Below are positions 38,428 through 48,072 of a DNA stretch of 64,000 bases, in pieces. The stretch spans positions 896,001-960,000 of the forward strand of contig CBDCXV010000011.1 in assembly GCA_965223905.1 (NCBI GenBank). The letters run 5' to 3'. Positions within the stretch are counted from its first letter, which is position 1. Every line of letters begins with the position of its first letter. The stretch is from Candidatus Latescibacterota bacterium. Lineage in GTDB: Bacteria > Latescibacterota > UBA2968 > UBA8231. The notes under the pieces are model-generated. The model saw only the letters and a program-made list of their open reading frames with translations, searched no databases and was not told where the DNA came from. A program made the translations under genes and the position numbers.

Positions 38428-40395
38428 ATGCCTGAAAGTCCCGCTCAGACCGCGGCCAGTGGCCTCACCCTGCGCTCCCTGCTCCTCGGGATCGCCGTAG
38501 TGGTGGTCGTGTGTCTGGGAACCCCTTTCGGGAACTGGGTCCTGGGCTCTTCCGAACTCACTTGGTCCTACTTCCCGATCGGCGTGGGCTTTCCCTTTAC
38601 CTGCATCCTCTTTCTCCACATCCTGCTAAAGTCCATAAACCGGAACTGGGCCCTGCGCCCAGCCGAGTTGATCACCATCGTGGTCATGGGACTGGTGGTC
38701 ACCCGGATTCCCAACTTCCTGTGCGGCTATCTCCTCGCCATTCCCACCACCCCCTATTACTTTACATCCGCCGAAAACCAGTGGGGCAAGTACGTCGTAC
38801 CCAACCTGCCCCAGTGGCTCCTGCCCAGCAACGCCGGGCTGGCCATGACTTGGTTTTTCGAAGGTTTGCCCCCGGGGGAACCCGTTCCCTGGAGCACCCT
38901 GCTGGCGGCTTGGATCCCACCCCTGTTTTGGTGGCTGAGTTTTCTGTGGACCCTGTTCTTCGTCACCTTCTGTCTGGTCGTCATCTTGCGCAAGCAGTGG
39001 GTCGAGCGCGAGCGCCTGGACTTTCCTCTCATGGAAGTACCTCACGCCCTGATCGCCGATGCCGACGGCCCTGCGCGCGTGCCGGCCATCCTGCGCACCC
39101 GGCTGTTCTGGATCGGCGCCAGTGTGCCGCTCTTCGTCGTCTTCTGGAACATCGCTGGCTTCTTTTTCCACTACGTACCTCAAATTGCCTGGGACTATCC
39201 GGTGCAAATCGCCCGTGGCTTTCCCTCTCTCAACATCCGGCTCTACTTTCCAGTTATCGGTTTTCTCTACTTTGCCAAGCTGAATGTGTCGTTCAGTCTG
39301 TGGTTCTTCTTCGCGATCTGTCTGGTAGAAGAGGGTATCTTCAACCGCTTTGGCCTCGGCGTTACTGAATCGGATGCCTTTGTCTGGGGCCTGCCCTCCA
39401 CTTCCTGGCAGTCCTGGGGAGCCTTTGTAGTCATGGTCTTGTGGGGGCTGTGGATGGCTCGCAGCCACCTTAGAGACGTTTTCCTCAAGGCCTGGAATCC
39501 CCGCTATCCCGTAGACGAATCCAGGGAACTGCTCTCCTACAGGGTAGCGGCGTATGGGCTGGTGCTGGGCTCGATCTACATGCTGCTGTGGCTACACCGC
39601 GCCGGCATGTCCTTTCCGGTCGCCGGCCTCTTTCTGGCCGGAGTGCTCATCGCCCATCTGGGTATCACCCGTCTGGTAATCCAGGCCGGGGTCTATTATC
39701 TGACCACGCCAGTGGTTTCCCAGGCTATGACCATGGCAACCTTTGGCACCAACGCCATCTCCGCCTCCGGCCTGGCCACCCTGGGGCTGTGCTATTCGTT
39801 TTTCGGCGACGTGCAATCGCTGTTCATGCCCTCTGCAGCCCACGCTGCCAAACTGCATGATGCCATGCGCACGACCCGACGCGGCCTGGGCCTGGCCGTG
39901 CTTCTGGCCGTCTTCCTGGGTTTTATCCTCGCCTTGTCCTTCATCCTCTACAGCGCCTATGACCAAGGTGCTTCCAACTTTAATTCCTGGATCTACCGGG
40001 TTTCGTCCGGGGCCGGAGTACTGGCCTTCGACAATGTCGTAGCCAAGATAAAAAATCCGGTCGGACCCCACCTGCAGAAGCTGGGTTTCTTCAGTGGGGG
40101 AGCCCTGGTTATGGCTGTGCTGACCTTCATGCAGTACCGCTTTCCCTGGTGGCCGCTCCACCCCATCGGTCTGCCCATCGCCGCCGTCTGGATGATCCGC
40201 AACCAAGTCGGCGCAATTTTCTTAGCCTGGGCGGCCAAGAGCGTCATCATGCGCTTTGGCGGTATTGACCTGTACCGACGAGCCTCGCCGTTTTTCATTG
40301 GTCTGATCCTCGGCCATTTCCTCGGCGTGGGCATCTCCTTCATTGTCGACATGATCTTCTTCCCCGGCAACGGCCATGGTATCCTCCACGGCTAA
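38428..40395 (+). CDS. DUF6785/DUF6784-type polytopic membrane protein (putative transporter)
   Basis: Colinear paralog of 1420..3357 (GSSELTWS, ERLDFPL, GDVQSLFMPSAAH, WWPLHPIG). Start is 38428 or 38386; the 38284 start lies inside the IS. Confidence 0.8.
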   Translation: MPESPAQTAASGLTLRSLLLGIAVVVVVCLGTPFGNWVLGSSELTWSYFPIGVGFPFTCILFLHILLKSINRNWALRPAELITIVVMGLVVTRIPNFLCGYLLAIPTTPYYFTSAENQWGKYVVPNLPQWLLPSNAGLAMTWFFEGLPPGEPVPWSTLLAAWIPPLFWWLSFLWTLFFVTFCLVVILRKQWVERERLDFPLMEVPHALIADADGPARVPAILRTRLFWIGASVPLFVVFWNIAGFFFHYVPQIAWDYPVQIARGFPSLNIRLYFPVIGFLYFAKLNVSFSLWFFFAICLVEEGIFNRFGLGVTESDAFVWGLPSTSWQSWGAFVVMVLWGLWMARSHLRDVFLKAWNPRYPVDESRELLSYRVAAYGLVLGSIYMLLWLHRAGMSFPVAGLFLAGVLIAHLGITRLVIQAGVYYLTTPVVSQAMTMATFGTNAISASGLATLGLCYSFFGDVQSLFMPSAAHAAKLHDAMRTTRRGLGLAVLLAVFLGFILALSFILYSAYDQGASNFNSWIYRVSSGAGVLAFDNVVAKIKNPVGPHLQKLGFFSGGALVMAVLTFMQYRFPWWPLHPIGLPIAAVWMIRNQVGAIFLAWAAKSVIMRFGGIDLYRRASPFFIGLILGHFLGVGISFIVDMIFFPGNGHGILHG

Positions 40396-40406
40396 AGGAG
40401 TGCGCC

Positions 40407-41237
40407 ATGAGACTGAAATTCGCCATCCTCACAGCACTTGTCCTCGGCTGCACCGTCAGAGCCGAATGGAATGCGGATCTTCCCACTATCCACGTGCCTT
40501 TCCTCGAAAAAGCCCCCCACATCGACGGGGATCTGAGGGAGTGGAAAGAGCTGGCCTTCACCGACGGGGTGTGGGATATCTATCGGGTACAGCATGCTTC
40601 CTGGTATACACCTGAGCTCAACCGCCTGACAGATCACGGCAATGAGCCGAATCCGGAGGAAGATCTGGCGGCGCGCTACTACACCGCCTGGGATGACCAA
40701 TACCTCTACATGGGTGCCGAGGTGCGCGACAATGTAAACGACGTGGACGATCCGGAACACGCGCCCTATCGCTGGTACTTCAAAGACTGCGTCGTCTGGT
40801 TCATAGAAGCTCCCTGGGACAAAAAAGAAGAGCATTTTGGCCAGGGCGACCATGGCTTCTGCTTCGTGATCGATACTCGCAAGCCTGCCTACGGAGCCTG
40901 GTGGCGCCATGGAGATACCATGAGAGAGTACCTAGAAGAGCCCTTGCCCCCGGAAGCTGTGGACTACGCCATCCGCATGGACCCCTGGGGTAGGAGCAAG
41001 GCAGACTTCACCCTCGAAGCCCGGGTGGATATGGCTGCCACCCTGGGCAAGAGCGATCCGCAGTGGAAGCCCCCACAGATCGGCGATGTCTACGGGGTGC
41101 AGATCGTCCATACAGATCCGGACGGAGGGGCCTACGGCGGCCATTTGCTGGTCTACGGCGAAACCGATGACGATACCAATTGGGGAAAAATGATACTGGT
41201 CGGGCCGCGGCAACCCCTGGAACGTCGGGAAAAATAG
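40407..41237 (+). CDS. Secreted CBM9-like sugar-binding protein
   Basis: Signal peptide; APHIDGDLREW, AWDDQYLYMGAEVRD and DPDGGAYGGHL; AAGGAG RBS. Confidence 0.78.
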   Translation: MRLKFAILTALVLGCTVRAEWNADLPTIHVPFLEKAPHIDGDLREWKELAFTDGVWDIYRVQHASWYTPELNRLTDHGNEPNPEEDLAARYYTAWDDQYLYMGAEVRDNVNDVDDPEHAPYRWYFKDCVVWFIEAPWDKKEEHFGQGDHGFCFVIDTRKPAYGAWWRHGDTMREYLEEPLPPEAVDYAIRMDPWGRSKADFTLEARVDMAATLGKSDPQWKPPQIGDVYGVQIVHTDPDGGAYGGHLLVYGETDDDTNWGKMILVGPRQPLERREK

Positions 41238-41348
41238 ATCCTGCTCGGCGAATACCTCAAGCAAAAGCTTCGAGTGCTCGAACCGAGCCTTGCGGCCATG
41301 AGCGGAGAAGGCGCTGCCCGACCCGCGTGGCGTCCACGGTCACCGGAG

Positions 41349-43073
41349 TCAAGGTGCTATGGGCTCGACCAAGAAAAGTACCTGGTTGGCGCGCACGTTC
41401 TCGAGCACCTGCACCCTGCCAGAGGGCCAGCGCACCTCCAGGCGCTCCACCTTGTCGTTGATTCCCATTCCGAAAAATGGCGCCTTCTGGCTGGTAGATA
41501 GGAATCCCGATCCCGATTTGACTTGGCGGAAGAGTCGCAAAGCGCCTGCCCGCAGGTAGATCTTGGCCCCGATGCCGTCCCGATTGCTCTCCCTGCCCTC
41601 CAGTTCGACCTGCAGCCAGTTGTTGGCGTTGCCGCCGTCGTTGCGCAGCACCGCCGTCGGTCCTCCCGAATTCACCAGCACGATATCCAAATCGCCATCC
41701 CCATCACCATCACCGAAGGCCGTCCCCCTTCCCACGTAATTCACCCTCAACCCCGGTCCCAGATCCCTGGTGCGTTCCACGTAGCGGCCACCGCCTTCGT
41801 TGTGGAAAATCTGAGCTTGCTGGGCATAGGTTGCCAATTCGTCGTAGTCCTCAATATTGTCGTGCACATGGCCGTTGGCGACGAAGAGATCCAACCAGCC
41901 ATCGTTGTCGTAGTCGAAAAAACCTGTCCCGAATCCCAGGTAGTTGAGGCTGGTCTCGCCCAGGCCGGCCTGGAAACTCACCTCGGTAAAATAGAGTCCG
42001 TCGTTGCGGTAAAGCGCGTTGTTTTCGAGCTGGTAATTGGTGACGAAGAGATCTAGATCGCCGTCGTTGTCCAAGTCGCCAGCATCCACGCCCATGCCCG
42101 CCTGGGCAGCCCCGTTGGCACTGAGGGCGGTACCCGAGCTCAGACCGATTTCCTCGAAGCTTCCGTCGCCCTGGTTTTCGTAGAAGAAATTGGGTGTCTT
42201 GTCGTTGGCAATGTAGAGATCTTGGTCGCCGTCTTCGTCCAGATCGGCGGCGACCAGCCCCAGGCCGTTGCCGGCGCGCACGATCCCGGCCGCCTCGCCC
42301 ACTTCTGCGAAACTCCCATCCCCGTTGTTGCGGTAGAGAAGATCGCGGGTAGGCGAGTACTTGAGAGGATCGCAGTAGAAGCGAAGGTCCATGTCTCGAC
42401 AGCCGCACCAAGGATGTTGGGTTTCGATGTCGAATTCAACATAGTTGGCCACACAAAGATCCAAATCGCCATCGTTGTCGTAGTCCACGAAGGCTGCACT
42501 GCTGCCCCACAGTGGGTTCCCAAGGCCCGCCTCTGCCGTCACATCCGCGAAGTACCCTCCGTCGTTGCGGTAGAGGACATCCTCGCCCAAGTTGGTCAGG
42601 TAGAGGTCAGTGTCTCCGTCGTTGTCGTAATCTGCCGCTGCTACCCCCATTCCGTAGGCTCGGCCAGGGACATTGGCTACTGCCGTCACATCGACAAACC
42701 GGGCTCCATCATTGCGGTAGAGCCGGTTCAGAGCATCCCCCCTACCCTTTGTCACATGGCCGCTGTTCACCAGGTAAAGGTCGAGATCGCCATCCCCATC
42801 ATAGTCGAAAAATGCCGTCCCCGAACCCGTGGTTTCGGGAAGCATCTTCGCGCTGCTCATACCGTTCTGTTGGACAAAATGGATGCCCCACTCCACTGTC
42901 ACATCCACGAACTGCACTTCGCTTCCTCGGGCTTGTCCGTCCCGGTACAGGCACATGGCCAGACACGCGAGTACCAATCTGCAAATGAACAAACCAATTC
43001 CCCTGTAGGGTTGGTAGCCAGACTGCGCTGCGGTAGAATTGTTCGCGCTCGCTGTGCCCGGCGGGTTTTGCAA
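41349..43073 (-). CDS. CRTAC1-family protein (FG-GAP repeats + ASPIC/UnbV)
   Basis: DYDNDGDLDL repeats; SGSGFLS..FFGMG..VRWPSG. Start uncertain. Confidence 0.9.
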   Translation of the reverse strand: MQNPPGTASANNSTAAQSGYQPYRGIGLFICRLVLACLAMCLYRDGQARGSEVQFVDVTVEWGIHFVQQNGMSSAKMLPETTGSGTAFFDYDGDGDLDLYLVNSGHVTKGRGDALNRLYRNDGARFVDVTAVANVPGRAYGMGVAAADYDNDGDTDLYLTNLGEDVLYRNDGGYFADVTAEAGLGNPLWGSSAAFVDYDNDGDLDLCVANYVEFDIETQHPWCGCRDMDLRFYCDPLKYSPTRDLLYRNNGDGSFAEVGEAAGIVRAGNGLGLVAADLDEDGDQDLYIANDKTPNFFYENQGDGSFEEIGLSSGTALSANGAAQAGMGVDAGDLDNDGDLDLFVTNYQLENNALYRNDGLYFTEVSFQAGLGETSLNYLGFGTGFFDYDNDGWLDLFVANGHVHDNIEDYDELATYAQQAQIFHNEGGGRYVERTRDLGPGLRVNYVGRGTAFGDGDGDGDLDIVLVNSGGPTAVLRNDGGNANNWLQVELEGRESNRDGIGAKIYLRAGALRLFRQVKSGSGFLSTSQKAPFFGMGINDKVERLEVRWPSGRVQVLENVRANQVLFLVEPIAP

Positions 43074-43351
43074 CCTCGAGCGAACGTCGATTTGTTGCGT
43101 AACTCGCTGAGCGATCAGCAGGTAAAATCACAAGCCTCCATCCGAAGCAAAGGATATCTCCGGGAGGCATTGAGATTTTAGGCTGCTCTAAGCTCCTTCA
43201 TGCTTTAGCCGGTTACTGCGTGTGGATGTCTTTTATTCTTATTTTTTTCTGTCTATATAATTATACCACATTTTTAGCGAAATCGCGCTTTGCGCAGTAT
43301 CGATGTAACCTCCCTCTTTCGTACAAAATGACCAAGGAAAGGAGCAGTTGG

Positions 43352-43538
43352 ATGAGTGAATTAACAACAGTTCAAGGTTGGCGACGTAGTGCAACTCCGC
43401 AGTGGCGGACCGCATATGACAGTTGTCGAGATTGTGTCAGACGGACGAATTGTCGTCACTTGGTTCAGTAGATCAAATCAGAAGAATGGTGAGTTTAGTC
43501 CCGATACGTTGGGGCTGGTGGAAGACGAAGGATTGTGA
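43352..43538 (+). pseudogene. YodC/DUF2158-family small protein, frameshifted near the start
   Basis: AAGGAG RBS and ATG at 43352; the shifted frame reads QQFKVGDVVQLRSGGPHMTV..VTWF. Confidence 0.7.
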
Positions 43539-43624
43539 TCGTGCCGGAGCATAAAAAAACTTTCCGAGCCACCCCCTAACGACCGATCCGACTCCGGCTG
43601 CGGGACGAAGAAAAGGATTACAGC

Positions 43625-43776
43625 ATGAACCCAGGAGATCTCGTCAGACATCGAGATGGTGGCCCTAATATGGAGTTGTCGTTTCAGTCTCCGGCGAGAT
43701 TGAAACCGCAGAAGGAATCCACGTATTACCAGTGACTGAATTCAAAATGGAAATGTTGGAGACTGTTCAGGGATGA
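43625..43776 (+). pseudogene. Second YodC/DUF2158-like small gene, frameshifted
   Basis: MNPGDLVRHRDGGPNM, then a frame change to VVVS..EFKMEMLETVQG*. Confidence 0.5.
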
Positions 43777-44102
43777 AGTTTTCGCCTGCGTAGTTATCGA
43801 TATAATTCCCCTTCCTAAGGGTGGTTATGATTGAGGCATCGCTTTGAGCGGAATGACCCGCAAATTGAGGATGAACTGAGCTGCGGGTGGTCACCGCAGA
43901 AGCAAGCGAGCCCATGACATGAACCATTCAGAATATTGCCAGCCGGCCGGCGGGTCAAGAAAAACAGAAAAAGGGGGCATCTTGCCCCTATTTCAAGCCG
44001 GATTGCATGCACTAGAACTGCCGACAACCGGCGGTCGGACGCTCGACCATCCGGCCCAGACAACTGGGGAACCCTGGCCAATGGGACCCATTGTGTTGAT
44101 GA

Positions 44103-44357
44103 ACAACGGTTCCTATTTTCCCCTTTGCTCTCGGGTTAGGAGACGGTCGACTTTTTGGCTGTCTGACAGACTCCGCCGACCCTGTCATCAGGAGTAGTTC
44201 CCATGAGTTCTTCTTTGCGGTTTGCCGCTCCTACCTCCAGTCTCGCGTGCCGATCACCACACATACGCGGACGCTCCAGATGGACATCAACGTCATTCTC
44301 TATGCTTTCACCCAGGAAGGCTCAATGACGCAGCGCTTGATGCAGATGGTAAACTGA
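44103..44357 (+). pseudogene. 3' remnant of a DUF4159 gene
   Basis: Frame ends INVILYAFTQEGSMTQRLMQMVN*, nearly identical to the end of 24659..25825 (VNIIVYALTQEGSMTQRLMHMVN*). Confidence 0.75.
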
Positions 44358-44379
44358 AACCGGCGCATCGGTTGGCTCG

Positions 44380-45225
44380 GTGCTGTGCGTCCCGATGCAT
44401 ATTTCGCCCATAGTTGCATCGTCCCTTTCCATCCTCGTTCTGACCTGTTGCGGCGAGCGCCGCGCTCAGGTTCACGTCAGTCGCCTCTCCGACCCCAGCC
44501 GGGAAGCGCGGATGCAGGCCAGCCGGGAACTGGTCGAAATGGGTCCTGCCGCCGTTGAACCTCTCATCGCCGGGGCCGCCGCGTCGGGCTCTGACAGCTT
44601 GGAATACATCAGTGCCCAGATCCTTGGGCGCATCGGCAGTCGCCGCGCAATCCCCTTCCTTCGGCAGTTGACAGGTCGAGGCAATCCTTTCGTGCGGAGG
44701 GAAGCAGTAACCGCACTGGGACAGACAGGTGACGGTGGACTGATTCCCCTGTTGTCGAACATTCTCCAAAGCGACCCCGAAACCGAGGTGCGCGCCTCCG
44801 CCGCGAAAAGCCTGGGCAATTTCCGCGATACTACTGCAGTGCAACCTCTGGTCCGTGCCTTGCGGGATACCTCGGCCGAGGTGCGTCGACATGCCTTGGC
44901 TTCTCTCCATTACCTCTGGACTGCGGATGCGGAGCGGGCGGCGATTGATTGCCTACAGGACCCGGATGAAACCGTGCGCTTCATCGCCGCACAGATGATG
45001 GGAACCCACCGCACGGGCAAGGCGCGCGATGCCTTGTGCATCGCCCTGCACGATACCAGTCTCTGGGTGCGTACCGAGGCGGCTCGTTCCCTGGGATTAC
45101 TTGGCGACAGCACGACGGTGGAAAACCTTGAAGCTCTCCTCAGGCTCGAGGGAGGGCCCGACCACGACGCCGCCCTCCAGGCCCTGAGGGTCATTACAGG
45201 GATGGACTACGTCCTTGTTGAATGA
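44380..45225 (+). CDS. HEAT/PBS-lyase repeat (lipo)protein
   Basis: Repeats VRREAVTALG, VRASAAKSLG and VRTEAARSLG; possible lipobox VLTC. Confidence 0.82.
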   Translation: MLCVPMHISPIVASSLSILVLTCCGERRAQVHVSRLSDPSREARMQASRELVEMGPAAVEPLIAGAAASGSDSLEYISAQILGRIGSRRAIPFLRQLTGRGNPFVRREAVTALGQTGDGGLIPLLSNILQSDPETEVRASAAKSLGNFRDTTAVQPLVRALRDTSAEVRRHALASLHYLWTADAERAAIDCLQDPDETVRFIAAQMMGTHRTGKARDALCIALHDTSLWVRTEAARSLGLLGDSTTVENLEALLRLEGGPDHDAALQALRVITGMDYVLVE

Positions 45226-45700
45226 CTTGCAGCGCTGGAAAGCCTTCCCCTACGCGGGATTGATACTCCTGTTCTGGGGCTGCCAGGACTTCATCCACGC
45301 GCAGCCCCGAATCCGGAGGGTTGGAATCGCAATTACCGACCAAGTAGAGCGGAGGGGGCTGCCTCCCCACTTGAACGAGTTGCACGACAAGGCCCTCCGC
45401 CACCTGTACGACGGGGTGCGGGATCATTTAAACGGATTGGGGCGCTTCCAGACCGTCGCCTGGAACGCCGTCGGCGAGCGCCGGAAATACAGATACGTCG
45501 GCCCCGGCCAAGTCGATTTCGTAGCCCACGCCACGATCTACAAACTTGAAAAGATCTACCGCAACGAGACGCTGTACAATAATCCGGGCTACCCCGTCAA
45601 TTTCAAACAAGATGGAGATAAACCCTACGAGATTATCTCCAGGCCGGCCGTCACTTCGAGACTCAAACTGGCCCTGATTGAGCAGAACAAGGGCAAGGTT

Positions 45701-45850
45701 GACTCCTTCGTATAAACCCCATTTTGAGGATGTTCAGCGATTCAGCACATTAGAGCGCCACTATATATTGGCCAACTAAGACAAAGCATACACTATATGT
45801 TGTATGACAAACGGGCATTCTGAGCGACGTAGGGTTTTTACGAGAGAATC
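45701..45850. mobile_element. 150-bp MITE
   Basis: Imperfect TIRs GACTCCTTCGTATAAACCC / GATTCTCTCGTAAAAACCC (15/19); TSD AAGGTT; AT-rich interior; removal restores the host reading frame. Confidence 0.78.
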
Positions 45851-45987
45851 AAGGTTATTTGGTCCGCCATGCGCGACAGCACAGTCCTCGTCCCCCACGA
45901 CCCCTATATCTACCTGTACAATCCGAAAAAATATCCGGGTCTGTCCCACCCCGCGCTGATCCGCACTCACCTGTCCAGAATCATCCG

Positions 45988-47393
45988 GAGCTACCTTCAA
46001 TAGGTGTGGAAAAAGAGAAAAGGCGACCCTAACCTTCCATTATACAGTTCCAACCAAAACCGCCCGGTAGCCTCCGGGCACGGAAGGAGAGAGTCGCCAT
46101 GAGAGAATCTACGCTGGAATCTGTAGCCCCGGCCATGCCCACGTTCGCCACGTTGGAAAACTGGGCCCGATCCTCGATCCAGGATCTGTTGCAACGGGTT
46201 CTGGAGGAGGAGGTGACGGAGTTTCTGGGGCGGACGCGCTACCAGCGACGGTCCGCCGTAGACGGCACCCCCGGCTCCCGCAACGGACACGGCAAACCGC
46301 GACAGGTGTCGTTGATGTCGGGCACCATCGAGGTGAGACGGCCGCGCGTTCGGGGATTGGAAGAGCGCTTTGAGAGTCGTATTCTGCCGCTGTTCATGCG
46401 CCGTACCCACGAGGTGACCCGGATGTTGCCCGAGCTCTACCTGCACGGGCTGTCTCAGGGTGACTTCGAACTGGCTTTGCGGGGGCTTTTGGGCAACGGC
46501 GCTCCCCTGTCGGCTTCGTCCATTGGCCGGCTGCGGGCGCAGTGGGAGGAGGAGCTGGAGACTTGGCGAGAGCGACGTCTCGACGACCGCGAACTGGTGT
46601 ATGCGTGGGCGGATGGCATCTACGTCAAGGCCGGGTTGGAGAAGGACAAGGCGGCCCTGCTGGTCGTCATCGGCGCCATGAGTGATGGCCGGAAAGAGGT
46701 ACTGGCCGTGTGGCCCGGCCACCGCGAGTCGACGGAGTCCTGGCTGAAGGTCCTGCGCGACCTGCGCGATCGGGGTCTGCGGGCCCCGCTGCTGTTGATG
46801 GCCGACGGGGGCCTCCCAATTTGGAGCGCCACCGAACAGGTGTGGCCGCAGGCATCGCACCAGCGCTGCTGGAATCACAAGATCCTCAACGTGCTCGATG
46901 ACCTGCCGAAGCGGGTTCAGGGAAAGGCTCGGGCGTTGCTGACGCAGATCCCTTCGGCCGAGACGCGCCAGGAGGCCGAGAAACGACGTACCACGTTTGC
47001 CCGCCGCTACCGCGACCGGTATCCGCAGGCGGTAGCCACCCTCGAACGCGACTGGGAGCGCATGGTCACCTTCTACGACTTTCCCAAGGAGCACTGGAAA
47101 CACCTGCGCACAACCAATCCGGTCGAGAGCCCCTTTGCTTCGGTACGCTTGAGGACTAATGCCGGAAAACGCTACAAACGCGTCCAGGGAGCGACCGCTC
47201 TGATTTGGCGTGTGTTGATGGTGGCAGAAAAACGCTTTCGAAAACTCAATGCGCCCGAATTACTGCCCCTCGTCTACGCCGGACAACAATACCAGGATGG
47301 GAAACCCATCAAGAACGAAAAGACATCCACCAAGAGAAGGTTGAAGCGGGCCGCCTGATCTCATTTAATTTACACACCTCTTGACGTGACCTC
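45988..47393 (+). mobile_element. IS256-family insertion sequence (1406 bp)
   Basis: 25-bp TIRs (19/25 identical); 8-bp TSD ATCATCCG at 45980-45987 and 47394-47401. Confidence 0.92.
46099..47358 (+). CDS. IS256-family (Mutator-type) transposase
   Basis: RNGH, LYLHGLS, WADGIY, MADGG, QRCWNHK and LRTTNPVES motifs; intact 419 aa. Confidence 0.95.
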   Translation: MRESTLESVAPAMPTFATLENWARSSIQDLLQRVLEEEVTEFLGRTRYQRRSAVDGTPGSRNGHGKPRQVSLMSGTIEVRRPRVRGLEERFESRILPLFMRRTHEVTRMLPELYLHGLSQGDFELALRGLLGNGAPLSASSIGRLRAQWEEELETWRERRLDDRELVYAWADGIYVKAGLEKDKAALLVVIGAMSDGRKEVLAVWPGHRESTESWLKVLRDLRDRGLRAPLLLMADGGLPIWSATEQVWPQASHQRCWNHKILNVLDDLPKRVQGKARALLTQIPSAETRQEAEKRRTTFARRYRDRYPQAVATLERDWERMVTFYDFPKEHWKHLRTTNPVESPFASVRLRTNAGKRYKRVQGATALIWRVLMVAEKRFRKLNAPELLPLVYAGQQYQDGKPIKNEKTSTKRRLKRAA

Positions 47394-47840
47394 ATCATCC
47401 GCCTGCAGAACGTCAACACTTCGGTGGAGCGGAGCATGGCTCAGTCCGGCCGCTGGTTCGTTTCGTCTCCCCAAAAGGATATAGACGCTTCCCAGGAGCT
47501 TCTCGCTGCCCTTCTTGCTTCGTTCCGCGCGGACCTGACGGAAACCTGCCGCTCGAAGGCCGCATCGAGTCGATTCTCCCACTGGACACAAAGGGAAGGA
47601 CCCAGGTCTTGCTGAATATTGGAGCCCTGGACGGACTATTCCCCCGGTTGCGGCTGGAAATATGGCGTCCCGAGCCATCGGACCAGAAAATCGGACAGGT
47701 CGAGATCGTCGAGGTGGATTCCAGTTTAGCCGTGGCAATGGTGCGCAAAATCGAAAAGAAGCTCCGCAAACGCGGCGAGGGCCCAAATCCAGGTGACCGG
47801 GTTATCTCCAGGAAACGTCCCTCCCTGCTTTATTGAACCT

Positions 47841-48072
47841 GTGGCGAAAAGCGACTTCCCTTTTTGCCTGTCCTGGCTGCGTGGCAGGGAACAGGAAAAC
47901 CATTCGAGCCAGTTCCTTCTTCACCTTGCCCTGGTCTGGACTCTTCTGAACCTTCAGCCGGTACCCGGGGCAAACAAGCTGGGAGCGGAGGTTCCTTCGT
48001 CGTTGCCTCAGTTCACGGATCAGACGACGGCTTCGGGAATCGACTTCCACCACGTTTCCGGAGGACTCGAAA
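47841..48072 (+). pseudogene. 5' fragment of a CRTAC1-family gene
   Basis: LPQFTDQTTASGIDFHHVSGGLE matches the start of the 25822 protein (PQFTDQTEASGIAFHN) and then breaks off. Confidence 0.72.

Larger units (their letters stand above)
45215..47836 (+). pseudogene. FlgT-C-like exported protein (paralog of 23475..24524) disrupted by a MITE, IS256 and a 1-nt frameshift
   Basis: Segments 45215-45700, 45857-45987 and 47402-47836 align colinearly with the 23475 protein (VDFVAH, YNPKKYPG, DGNLPLEGRIE, KIGQVEIV). Confidence 0.85.
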
